Assembly: GCA_963706305.1 (NCBI GenBank)
Contig: OY970152.1
Location: 1,531,777-1,595,776 of the forward strand
Length of the DNA stretch: 64,000 nucleotides
Direction of reading: 5' to 3'
Source of the DNA: an uncultured Acidimicrobiaceae bacterium
Lineage (GTDB): Bacteria > Actinomycetota > Acidimicrobiia > Acidimicrobiales > RAAP-2
Positions 53,785 through 62,470 of this stretch are shown piece by piece. The notes under the pieces are model-generated. The model searched no databases, was not told the origin of the DNA, and worked only from the letters and a program-made list of their open reading frames with translations. The position numbers and the translations under genes were made by a program. Within the stretch, counting starts at the first letter, position 1. The number at the start of each line of letters is the position of its first letter.

Positions 53785-54762
53785 ATGAATTCCCAAGCTC
53801 TAGGTCGAGCGCGCACGTCGGTGACGTCGCTCGGATTCGGAGGAGCTCCCATTGGCAACCTCTTCACGCCCGTGACCGACACGGAGGCGGAGGAAGCCAT
53901 AGGAGCAGCCTGGGACGGCGGGGTTCGCTACTTCGACACGGCTCCGCACTATGGACTCGGCTTGTCGGAACGGCGACTCGGCAAGGCGCTCATGGGCCAG
54001 CAGCGGTCCGACTTCGTGGTATCCACAAAAGTTGGTCGGCTGCTTCGAACTAATCCGCATCCCACGGGATCGGACCTATCCGTCGGTGGCTTCGCGGTGG
54101 CTGATGACGTCACACGAGTTACCGATTACTCGGCGGCAGCTGTCGAGATGAGCATCGAAGAGAGCCTCGAGCGTCTCGGCGTGGGTTACCTTGACATCGC
54201 GTACGTCCACGATCCCGACGAGTATGTGGACCAGGTCGTACACGAGACTCTTCCGGTGCTTGCGCGACTGAGAGATGAAGGCGTCATAGGTGCTATCGGT
54301 GCCGGCATGAATGACTGGCGCCCTCTTCTCGAATTTGTCGAGCGCGGCGACGTTGACGTCGTAATGCTCGCCGGTCGCTGGACCCTACTCGATCGAAGCG
54401 GTGCACCACTTCTTAAAGAGTGCGCGGAGCGCGGCGTCGCTGTCGCCGCCGCCGCTCCGTTCAATTCGGGGATTCTCGCGCGAAACGATCCACAGAGGAC
54501 GGACCGCTTCGACTACCGCACGGTGTCGGCGCGACTCTTCGAAAGGGCGCAAGCGCTCGCTCATCTCTGCGCGCGACACGACGTAGACCTTCCCCAAGTC
54601 GCGCTCCAGTTTCCTCTGCGAAGTGACGCGGTGGTGTCGGTCGTCGTGGGCATGCGCTCGGGCCGCGAAGCCGAACGCGCGGTGAACTGGATGGATCGCC
54701 CAGTTCCCGATGAATTATGGGGAGAGCTGGAGGAGTTGGACGAAGAGTGGTCGAGACAGTGA
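53785..54762 (+). CDS. Aldo/keto reductase (L-fucose / D-threo-aldose 1-dehydrogenase-like)
   Basis: GFGGAPIGNLF, YFDTAPHYGLGLSE, VSTKVGR, YVHDPD, LAGRWTLLD. Confidence 0.82.
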   Translation: MNSQALGRARTSVTSLGFGGAPIGNLFTPVTDTEAEEAIGAAWDGGVRYFDTAPHYGLGLSERRLGKALMGQQRSDFVVSTKVGRLLRTNPHPTGSDLSVGGFAVADDVTRVTDYSAAAVEMSIEESLERLGVGYLDIAYVHDPDEYVDQVVHETLPVLARLRDEGVIGAIGAGMNDWRPLLEFVERGDVDVVMLAGRWTLLDRSGAPLLKECAERGVAVAAAAPFNSGILARNDPQRTDRFDYRTVSARLFERAQALAHLCARHDVDLPQVALQFPLRSDAVVSVVVGMRSGREAERAVNWMDRPVPDELWGELEELDEEWSRQ

Positions 54763-55487
54763 GGGCAAGTGTCTTTACCACGTGCCTCGTAGAGTCGCTG
54801 TACCCAAACGTCGGCGACGCGCTCGAGACGTTGCTGGTGCGACTCGGCGTCGAAGTTGACGTGCCAACGCGACAGACTTGCTGCGGTCAGATGCATATCA
54901 ATTCGGGCTATGGATCAATGGCAGTCTCACTGATTCGAAATCACGTCCTAGCGTTCGCAGACAGCGAGGCGGTCGTTGCCCCTTCGGCGTCGTGCGTTGG
55001 TGCCGTTCGCCATCAGTACGAGAAGATTGCCCTCGAGAGCGGTGACGCGGAACTGGTCGAGGCGGTTCGCGCGCTCGCAAACAAGACCTATGAAGTGAGC
55101 GAGTTCCTCGTCGACGTGCTCGGGGTGACCGACGTGGGAGCGTACTTCCCCCACCGAGTCACCTACCATCCCACGTGCCACTCGCTTCGCTCGCTGCGCG
55201 TCGGTGATCGACCACGCCGACTGCTGGAGCGCGTTGAAGCAATTGAGTTGGTGGCGCTACCTGACGCGGACGTATGTTGCGGATTCGGCGGCACATTTGC
55301 GGTGAAGAACTCCGACGTGTCCGGTGCCATGCTCTTCGACAAACTCTCGTGCATTCGTCGAGCGGGCGCCGAGGTCGTCACCGCCGCCGACTCCTCATGT
55401 CTGATGCAGATTGGCGGCGGTCTCTCGCGCGCGGGCGATGACGTACGACCCCTTCACCTCGTTGAGATTCTGGCGTCTACTCGATGA
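54759..55487 (+). CDS. lutA: Lactate utilisation protein A (LutA/LldE, CCG domains)
   Basis: FTTCLV, QTCCGQMH, SASC, YHPTCH, CCGFGGTFAVK, DSSCLMQI. Confidence 0.9.
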   Translation: MRASVFTTCLVESLYPNVGDALETLLVRLGVEVDVPTRQTCCGQMHINSGYGSMAVSLIRNHVLAFADSEAVVAPSASCVGAVRHQYEKIALESGDAELVEAVRALANKTYEVSEFLVDVLGVTDVGAYFPHRVTYHPTCHSLRSLRVGDRPRRLLERVEAIELVALPDADVCCGFGGTFAVKNSDVSGAMLFDKLSCIRRAGAEVVTAADSSCLMQIGGGLSRAGDDVRPLHLVEILASTR

Positions 55488-56926
55488 CGTTTCCGGACCT
55501 GCCGGGCGCGCCTCGCGGCGTTGGAAGCCTACGGGGAATCGAGTCGTTTCCCGCTGCGGCGCGCGAAGCTCTTCGTGACAAGCAGTTGCGCGCAAATCTG
55601 CGCACGGCAACGACGACGATCCGCGCAAAGCGAGCGCTCGCCGTCGATGAAGTCCCCGACTGGCAAGAGTTGCGCGAGGCCGGCGCCGCCATCAAGGACG
55701 AAGTGCTCGCGAACCTGGAGGCCTATCTCCTTGAACTTGAGAGGAACGTGGTCACGCGTGGCGGGGTGGTCCACTGGGCGCGCGACGCAAATGAAGCGAA
55801 CGACATCGTCGTCAGTCTGGTGGGATCAACGGGGGCGGCCGAGGTCCTCAAGGTGAAGTCGATGGCAACCCAGGAAATAGGACTCAACGAAGCCCTCGCC
55901 GATGCGGGGATCGCGGCAACCGAGACCGATCTCGCCGAGTTGATCGTCCAACTTGGCAACGACTGGCCGAGCCATATCCTCGTGCCTGCGATCCACCGAA
56001 ATCGGACAGAGATTCGCGACATCTTCTTGCGAGAGATGATCGGTGTGAACTCGGAACTCACCGACGATCCCGCGGCACTCGCCGAGGCAGCGAGACGCTA
56101 CCTGCGCGCGAAGTTTCTCTCCGCGGAGGTTGCGATCAGCGGCGCGAACTTTGCCGTCGCCGAGACCGGAACGCTATGCGTTGTCGAAAGCGAGGGAAAC
56201 GGCAGAATGTGCCTCACCTTGCCGCGAACGCTGATCACCGTGATGGGCATTGAGAAGTTGGTACCGACGTGGCAGGACCTCGAAGTGTTCCTGCAGCTCC
56301 TTCCGCGCTCTGCCACGGCGGAGCGAATGAACCCTTACACCTCGATGTGGAGCGGCGCCGTCGAGGGGCAGGCTTTTCACCTCGTGCTCCTTGACAACGG
56401 GCGCACGGCGACGTTGGCTGATCCGAACGGACGAAGCGCCCTCCGCTGCATTCGCTGCTCGGCCTGTCTGAACGTCTGCCCGGTCTACGAGCGCGTTGGT
56501 GGTCACGCCTACGGTTCCATCTATCCCGGACCTATTGGCGCCGTGCTGTCGCCACAGCTCACCGGCATCTCCGACAATGAGTCGCTGCCCTTCGCCTCGA
56601 CGCTCTGCGGCGCCTGTCTTGAAGTGTGCCCCGTGAAGATTGACATGCCATCGATGTTGGTGCACTTGAGAACTCGAGCGGTCGAAGAGCGCGCCCAGTC
56701 CAAGGTTCCTTCGTTCGAGGCGCTGACGATGTCGGCGTTGGCAATCTCAATGGGCAGCCCCCGTCGCTGGCAGCTTGCTCTTCGTGTCGTGCGCACGGGC
56801 CGGTTCTTGCCGCGTCGTTCGCGGGTATTCCGCTTCATCCCCGGACCGCTCCGAGCCTGGACGAAGTATCGCGATCTTCCAGCGCCGGCAAAGACGGGTT
56901 TCATTGGTGAAGGGTCGAACAAGTGA
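55484..56926 (+). CDS. lutB: Lactate utilisation protein B (LutB/LldF, 4Fe-4S)
   Basis: KVKSMATQEIGLN, ESEGNGRM, CIRCSACLNVCP, CGACLEVCP. Confidence 0.93.
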   Translation: MTFPDLPGAPRGVGSLRGIESFPAAAREALRDKQLRANLRTATTTIRAKRALAVDEVPDWQELREAGAAIKDEVLANLEAYLLELERNVVTRGGVVHWARDANEANDIVVSLVGSTGAAEVLKVKSMATQEIGLNEALADAGIAATETDLAELIVQLGNDWPSHILVPAIHRNRTEIRDIFLREMIGVNSELTDDPAALAEAARRYLRAKFLSAEVAISGANFAVAETGTLCVVESEGNGRMCLTLPRTLITVMGIEKLVPTWQDLEVFLQLLPRSATAERMNPYTSMWSGAVEGQAFHLVLLDNGRTATLADPNGRSALRCIRCSACLNVCPVYERVGGHAYGSIYPGPIGAVLSPQLTGISDNESLPFASTLCGACLEVCPVKIDMPSMLVHLRTRAVEERAQSKVPSFEALTMSALAISMGSPRRWQLALRVVRTGRFLPRRSRVFRFIPGPLRAWTKYRDLPAPAKTGFIGEGSNK

Positions 56927-57693
56927 GCGAGGGGGCGCGAGAAGAAATCTTCCGTCGAATCGACGCGGCTCGAGCTGGGGGCGCCATGGTGAGTGTTCCG
57001 CGCACCTATCGCGGTGTGCAAGGGCAAGGCAGCGCCTCGCTCTTCATGGATCGAGTGAGCGACTACCGCGCATTCGTGGTCGGGGTCGCACGGCACGATG
57101 TCGCCGCAGTCGTCGCAGAGCGCTTCGCGCTTCACAAGTTGAACCGCGTCGTCGTCCCCCAAGGAATACCGGACGAGTGGCTCGCGCTTGTTGACGCGGA
57201 GGTAGTGCGTGACAGTCCAGAGTTGTCGTTCTTTGACCTTGATCAAGTGGACGGTGTCCTATCGACGTGCACGGTCGCCATCGCCGAGACGGGGACGATG
57301 GTTCTTACGCACGGACTGGGGCAGGGTCGTCGCGCGTTGACCCTCGTTCCCGACTACCTGCTCGCGGTGGTCAACGAACGTCAGATCGTCGTCGGCGTTC
57401 CCGACGCGTTGGCGACGCTCGATCCGTCCTCACCGATGACGTGGATAAGCGGACCGAGCGCCACGTCAGACATTGAACTGAGCCGCGTCGAGGGTGTCCA
57501 CGGTCCGCGAACATTGGAGGTGCTTGTTGTCTTAGAGGAACTGAGCGTGGCCAACCATGCCGGCCGCCACCGTAGCGTTGGTGACCTCGTCGATGAGCAC
57601 AAAGCTGCCGGTGACTCGGTCCTCGCTGTAGTCGTCGACGACGAGCGCATCGGCGGTCACGAGCGTGGCCAGACCGATCTCGTTCGTCGCTAG
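56923..57693 (+). CDS. lutC: Lactate utilisation protein C (LutC/LldG) with read-through C-terminal extension
   Basis: AIAETGT, RRALTLVP, WISGPSATSDIEL, GVHGPRTL; conserved part ends near 57540 but the frame stays open to 57693. Confidence 0.85.
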   Translation: MSEGAREEIFRRIDAARAGGAMVSVPRTYRGVQGQGSASLFMDRVSDYRAFVVGVARHDVAAVVAERFALHKLNRVVVPQGIPDEWLALVDAEVVRDSPELSFFDLDQVDGVLSTCTVAIAETGTMVLTHGLGQGRRALTLVPDYLLAVVNERQIVVGVPDALATLDPSSPMTWISGPSATSDIELSRVEGVHGPRTLEVLVVLEELSVANHAGRHRSVGDLVDEHKAAGDSVLAVVVDDERIGGHERGQTDLVRR

Positions 57694-58788
57694 CGATTCG
57701 GCCTCATTGATCGAGAGCGATTCGATGTCGATAACGCCGGTCATCGATTGGACCCGCACCGGCGTCGACTTCGTCGTGTGCTTGAGGCGCAGCCGTTGAC
57801 CGTTCACGGATAGCGGCTTCTCGCCGAACCAGCAGATGGTCGCTTCGAACTCCTTGGTAACTCGAGGCAGCGGCTCCGTTGCGATGAGGTCGCCCCGACC
57901 CGCGTCGGTCTCATCAGTGAGGTCGATATCCGCCGCGAGACCAACGGTCGCTTCGAGGCGAGGTTCACCGCCAAAGTTGAGGGCGCGAATGGTGGTCTCG
58001 ATGCTCGCCGGGAGCAGCGTGACTCGATCGCCGACATGAAACGCTTCGCCGCTCACCATGCCGGCGTACGTACGACCGCCGCCCGGCTGGCGCAGCACCC
58101 ATTGGATAGGGAGGCGAGCTCCCTGAGCAGTCTCCCACGAGCCGGCCTCGGACTGCTCGAGCGCGTCGAGGACCGACGGTCCGTCGTACCAGGGAGAGTT
58201 GTCGGAGTTTGTGGCCACGTTGTCGCCGAGCAGCGCTGATACCGGAATCGCGAGCGTCGAGGAGAAGCCCAACTCCCGAGAGAGCGTCTCGATCTGATCG
58301 ACGACGCGCTGGAACGCCAACTGCGACCACGCGACCGTGTCCATCTTGTTGACCGCGACGATCACCGAGCGCACGCCGAGCAAGGCAGCGATGCAGAGGT
58401 GTCGTCTCGTCTGCTCCTTGAGCCCGCTCGCGACATCGATGACGACGAGGGCGAGGTCCGCGGTCGACGCACCCGTTGCCATGTTCCTCGTGTAGCGAAC
58501 GTGGCCGGGGCAGTCAGCGATGATGAACTTTCGAGTTGGCGTCGTCGCGTAGCGGTACGCCACGTCGATCGTGATGCCCTGCTCGCGCTCTGCGCGAAGG
58601 CCGTCGGTCACGAAGCTGAGGTCCAGGTCCCCGATGCCACGCTTTTCTGACGCAGCAGCAACGGCGTCGAGCTGGTCATCGAAGAGCTGACGCGTGTCGA
58701 CGAGGAGCCGACCGATCAAGGTCGATTTTCCGTCATCGACCGAGCCGATCGTGGCGAGGCGCAGTAAGTCTTTGGTTGCGAGCTCCAC
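57532..58788 (-). CDS. cysN: Sulfate adenylyltransferase subunit 1 (GTPase), no CysC domain
   Basis: GSVDDGKST, EREQGITIDVAY, DCPGH, VNKMD, GSFVLID. Confidence 0.93.
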   Translation of the reverse strand: MELATKDLLRLATIGSVDDGKSTLIGRLLVDTRQLFDDQLDAVAAASEKRGIGDLDLSFVTDGLRAEREQGITIDVAYRYATTPTRKFIIADCPGHVRYTRNMATGASTADLALVVIDVASGLKEQTRRHLCIAALLGVRSVIVAVNKMDTVAWSQLAFQRVVDQIETLSRELGFSSTLAIPVSALLGDNVATNSDNSPWYDGPSVLDALEQSEAGSWETAQGARLPIQWVLRQPGGGRTYAGMVSGEAFHVGDRVTLLPASIETTIRALNFGGEPRLEATVGLAADIDLTDETDAGRGDLIATEPLPRVTKEFEATICWFGEKPLSVNGQRLRLKHTTKSTPVRVQSMTGVIDIESLSINEAESLATNEIGLATLVTADALVVDDYSEDRVTGSFVLIDEVTNATVAAGMVGHAQFL

Positions 58789-59709
58789 TTAGAAGTAGCC
58801 CTCTCGCTTGCGGTCTTCCATCGCGGTCTCAGAGAACTTGTCGTCGCCACGGGTGGCGCCGCGTTCAGAGACGTTGGCGACCGCAACTTCGTCGATGATG
58901 GCCTCGATCGTCGCGGCTGACGAGAGAACCGCACCCGTGCAGTTGGCATCGCCGACGGTGCGAAAGCGCACAAGCTTTCGCGTCACAGTCTCGCTCGCGC
59001 TCGGTTCGACGAACTGTCCGACGGCGAGCCACATGCCATCGCGCTCGACGACGTCACGCTCGTGGGCGTAGTAGATCGAAGGAAGGTCCATCCGCTCACG
59101 TCCGATGTACTGCCAGACGTCGAGCTCAGTCCAGTCTGACAGCGGGAACGCGCGCACGCTCTCGCCGGGGTTCACCTTGCCCTGGTAGAGCTGCCAGAGC
59201 TCAGGGCGTTGCTGACGCGGATCCCACTGGCCGAAGGCATCGCGGAAGCTCAAGATGCGCTCTTTTGCGCGAGCTTTGTCCTCGTCGCGGCGAGCTCCGC
59301 CAAAGGCGGCGTCAAAGCGATGATCAGTGATCGCGTCGAGCAGTGTCACCGTCTGGAGGCGATTGCGCGAACCGAGTGGGCCGGGGTCAACGACCTTGCC
59401 TTGGTCGATCGTGTCTTGCACCCGCGCGACGATGAGTCTCGCTTTCGCGGCCTCAACGGCGCGATCGCGGAACTCGAGTACCTCGTCGAAATTCTGCCCG
59501 GTGTCGATGTGCAGCACCGGAAAAGGGAGCTGCTGGGGCGCGAAGGCCTTCGCAGCAAGGTGCAACAACACCGCAGAGTCCTTGCCGCCGGAAAAGAGCA
59601 GCACGGGGCGCTCGCACTCGGCGACGACCTCGCGCAGAATAAACAACGCGTGCGACTCGAGAACATCGAGGTGGTCAGTGGCGTGTGGGGTGTGCAAGGT
59701 CGTTGTCAT
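58789..59709 (-). CDS. cysD: Sulfate adenylyltransferase subunit 2
   Basis: FSGGKDS, GGARRDEDKARAKER, FRTVGD, DRKREGYF; ATG at 59709. Confidence 0.96.
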   Translation of the reverse strand: MTTTLHTPHATDHLDVLESHALFILREVVAECERPVLLFSGGKDSAVLLHLAAKAFAPQQLPFPVLHIDTGQNFDEVLEFRDRAVEAAKARLIVARVQDTIDQGKVVDPGPLGSRNRLQTVTLLDAITDHRFDAAFGGARRDEDKARAKERILSFRDAFGQWDPRQQRPELWQLYQGKVNPGESVRAFPLSDWTELDVWQYIGRERMDLPSIYYAHERDVVERDGMWLAVGQFVEPSASETVTRKLVRFRTVGDANCTGAVLSSAATIEAIIDEVAVANVSERGATRGDDKFSETAMEDRKREGYF

Positions 59710-59721
59710 GATCTCTTTGGA

Positions 59722-59748
59722 TGCATTGTATTCTAGTAATGCACTAGA
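59722..59748. promoter_or_regulatory. Divergent cysD/cysH promoter region with overlapping inverted repeats
   Basis: TGCATT-N10-AATGCA and TCTAGT-N5-ACTAGA in a 60-nt AT-rich gap; TAGAAT/TACAAT -10-like boxes on the minus strand. Confidence 0.45.
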
Positions 59749-59769
59749 GAAAGTAAGGCTCCCGCGAGA

Positions 59770-60447
59770 ATGCCAGTGATTACCCCGACCAGTGTGCTCC
59801 TGAGCGAACTCGATGAAGTAAACGAGCGCTTTGAGCGAGCGACCCCTGTTGAGATTCTCCAGTGGACGTTCGACCGCTTTGATGACGACCTCGCGATGGC
59901 GTGTTCTTTTGAAGACGTCGTGCTCTTGCACATGGTCCACGAACTTCGACCTTCGACAGAGATCATCTTCCTCGATACGGGTGGGCACTTCGCAGCAACA
60001 CTCGAGTTCGCGGCTCAGCTGGAACAGAGTTGGAGTTTGAAGCTCACCCGCACTCAACCAGGCAACGATGCCGACGCATGGCCGTGCGGCACGGCTCGAT
60101 GCTGCGAGCTCAGAAAAGTCGAACCACTTGGCCGGGCTCTCCAGGGACGTGCCGCGTGGATAACCTCGGTCAAGCGCGTGGACGTTGCGACCAGGGCTTC
60201 CATGAAAACCCTGATGTGGGATGAGAAATTCAACCTCGTCAAAGTGAATCCGCTCGCTACCTGGACCGATGACGACGTCGCGTACTACTTGAAGAGTCAT
60301 GAGTTGCCCGAGCACCCCCTGTGGGCCGAGGGGTACGCGTCGATCGGATGTGAGCCGATGACGGTGAAGCCCCTGGTGCCAGGAGATCGGCGATCAGGTC
60401 GTTGGGTTGGTCTTGACAAAGACGAGTGCGGACTGCACGAGGCCTAG
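59770..60447 (+). CDS. cysH: APS/PAPS reductase
   Basis: IFLDTG, CCELRKVEPL, KVNPL, GYASIGCEP, RSGRW, KDECGLH. Confidence 0.92.
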   Translation: MPVITPTSVLLSELDEVNERFERATPVEILQWTFDRFDDDLAMACSFEDVVLLHMVHELRPSTEIIFLDTGGHFAATLEFAAQLEQSWSLKLTRTQPGNDADAWPCGTARCCELRKVEPLGRALQGRAAWITSVKRVDVATRASMKTLMWDEKFNLVKVNPLATWTDDDVAYYLKSHELPEHPLWAEGYASIGCEPMTVKPLVPGDRRSGRWVGLDKDECGLHEA

Positions 60448-60521
60448 ACATCCACCAAAAAATCAAGGTGCGACTGTAAATTTGTCGCAATGCTGCGGCG
60501 ATACCTTAAGGAGCACGTCGG

Positions 60522-61271
60522 ATGCTTCTGATAGTCCTCGCTGTTATCTGGGTTGCTCTCCTGGCCCCGGTAGTGATTCGACGACTTCGAGAAGGTGGAA
60601 CAGAGAAATCCATCCAGTCCTTTCATGCTGAGCACGAGGTCTTGAGTCGTCAGGACTACGCGATCGTTCCCGCGCATCGCCTCGATGAACCTGATCAGGC
60701 ACCGGTAACGGAACCGACGGGAGATCGTCGTCCTCGCCTTACCGTCGTGCATCCCGACGATACCTTTGCCGAACTCGAGTCACGCACGTCGTGGGACGAG
60801 TGGAGCGAGGACTATGAGTATGACGAAGAGCAGTCGGTCCGCACGTCGGCGAACCACTACGCGCGCGCCTACTCTACTCATCCACGCGACGTTGACGTGA
60901 CGTCGGTGTATGAGCCGCCAATCCGTCGCCGCACGATGCGCGCACAACGTCGCGTCATGTTTTCTCGCCTGGTGCTGGGTGCCGTGCTGCTCACGATCGC
61001 TGCGTTCTTTACCGGCTACTCACCCGTCATCGACGTTGCCGCACTCGCCTGGTTCGCGGTCGTCGTCTTTGTTGCGCTCGCCCTCTATGCGGTGAGCCAG
61101 GGTTACTTGAACGACGCCGCGCTGAAGCCGCGCCTGCCACAGCGTCGAACCCTCGCGACGGTGAAGCCGCTGTATCGAGACGCCGATGACTCATACGGCG
61201 ACTTTGAGGACGAGTTGGACGCTGACATCTACGAGCCAGAACCTTGTTGCGGCGTGGTACCGCGAGCCTGA
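60522..61271 (+). CDS. SepX/GlpR-like actinobacterial membrane protein
   Basis: N-terminal TM (LAVIWVALLAP), SIQSFH motif, low-complexity middle, basic stretch then two TMs; directly before tRNA-Ala as in other actinomycetes. Confidence 0.55.
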   Translation: MLLIVLAVIWVALLAPVVIRRLREGGTEKSIQSFHAEHEVLSRQDYAIVPAHRLDEPDQAPVTEPTGDRRPRLTVVHPDDTFAELESRTSWDEWSEDYEYDEEQSVRTSANHYARAYSTHPRDVDVTSVYEPPIRRRTMRAQRRVMFSRLVLGAVLLTIAAFFTGYSPVIDVAALAWFAVVVFVALALYAVSQGYLNDAALKPRLPQRRTLATVKPLYRDADDSYGDFEDELDADIYEPEPCCGVVPRA

Positions 61272-61308
61272 GCGTCATCGCGCGTTGGGCTAAAATACAA
61301 GTCTCTTC

Positions 61309-61381
61309 GGGGGTGTAGCTCAATTGGTAGAGCGCTACGTTCGCAATGTAGAGGCAGTGGGTTCGAATCCCATCACCTCCA
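61309..61381 (+). tRNA. tRNA-Ala (anticodon CGC)
   Basis: Cloverleaf folded by hand: GGGGGUG/CACCUCC acceptor with G3:U70, D arm GCUC/GAGC, anticodon stem CUACG/UGUAG with CGC, TTCGAAT T loop; CCA not fully encoded. Confidence 0.95.
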
Positions 61382-61407
61382 CCGAAAGGCCTGATCTATT
61401 GAGTGGA

Positions 61408-61432
61408 CCGCGCTCGTGAGAGCGAGGCGCGG
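61408..61432. terminator. GC-rich hairpin between tRNA-Ala and the convergent SDR
   Basis: ccgcgc...gcgcgg outer stem with ctcg/cgag inner pairing. Confidence 0.45.
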
Positions 61433-61443
61433 CGTGGGATTGT

Positions 61444-62181
61444 CTAGATCAACCCGCCGTTCGCGTAAATAACTTGGCCGTTGATCCAACGAGCGGGGCC
61501 GGCGAGAAAAGACACGACGTTGGCGATGTCTTGCGGTTCGCCGAGTCGTTCGAGCGCGGGCCCCTTGGCCAGTGTGTCGATCGTCGCCTGATCTTTGTCA
61601 TCGAGGAAGAGCGGCGTTGCGGTTGGACCCGGCGCGACGGTATTGACCGTCACGTCGCGCCCACGAAGCTCCTTCGCCAAGATCATGGTGATCACATCGA
61701 TAGCTCCCTTTGAGGCGGCGTACGTCGCGTAGGTCGGGACGAAGCGCTGAACGACTGAGGTGGAGAAGTTGATGATCGCCCCGCCGGGTCGCACTCGGCG
61801 GACTGCTTGTTGATCGACCACAAAAGTGCCACGCACGTTGACGCGCATGATTTGATCGAAGTCGGTGAGATCGAGATCGGCGAGTGTTGACAACTTCATG
61901 ATGCCCGCGGTGTGCACGACCACGTCGACGCCGCCGAAGCGACGTTCAGCCTCGTCAAAGAGCTCTCGCATGTCATCCTCGTTAGCGACATCACCGCCGA
62001 CCGCGAACGCGGTGCCCCCCTTCGCGGCGATGGAAGCGACCGCCTCGCCGGCCTGTTCTGAGCGACTGGAGTAGTGCACCACGACGTACATGCCGTCGGC
62101 GGCGAGCTGTTTGGCAACGGCACGTCCGATGCCCCCGGAACCGCCAGTGACGATTGCGACTCTTGGCGCTAGATCTGACAT
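61444..62181 (-). CDS. SDR-family oxidoreductase
   Basis: TGGSGGIG, HTAG, YAASKG, VAPGPTAT, WINGQVIYANGG; ATG at 62181 with AGGAG RBS. Confidence 0.92.
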   Translation of the reverse strand: MSDLAPRVAIVTGGSGGIGRAVAKQLAADGMYVVVHYSSRSEQAGEAVASIAAKGGTAFAVGGDVANEDDMRELFDEAERRFGGVDVVVHTAGIMKLSTLADLDLTDFDQIMRVNVRGTFVVDQQAVRRVRPGGAIINFSTSVVQRFVPTYATYAASKGAIDVITMILAKELRGRDVTVNTVAPGPTATPLFLDDKDQATIDTLAKGPALERLGEPQDIANVVSFLAGPARWINGQVIYANGGLI

Positions 62182-62470
62182 GGCTCTCCTACGTTGCGTG
62201 CTGGTAGTAGCCACAGGAATCTAGCGGCCATCTAGCGGTCTCGTTCGCATCACAAAGTGAAGACGGATCATTCGATCCCCTGCCTCTGTGAGAGGGGTGT
62301 GAGGCAGTTCAAAAGAAGATGTGAGAAGCCTCAGGGTTGAATGTGAATGGCCCGCTCCATCAGTTTTTGTTTTTGAGTTGAGCGTATTGAATTTGATCGT
62401 TCGTAATCTCTGCCTCGATGTGAACGCTCGAAGCATTCGCTTTGGGCGTCTTCGAGGCGGAGGTTCAATC

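Noticed and set aside
59710-60315. 202-aa N-terminal extension of cysD
   Set aside because: Antisense to cysH; CysD homology starts at ATG 59709.
62215-62470. c-di-GMP or c-di-AMP riboswitch before the secreted protein
   Set aside because: No recognisable consensus elements; only the TGTGA repeats and short inverted repeats were seen.
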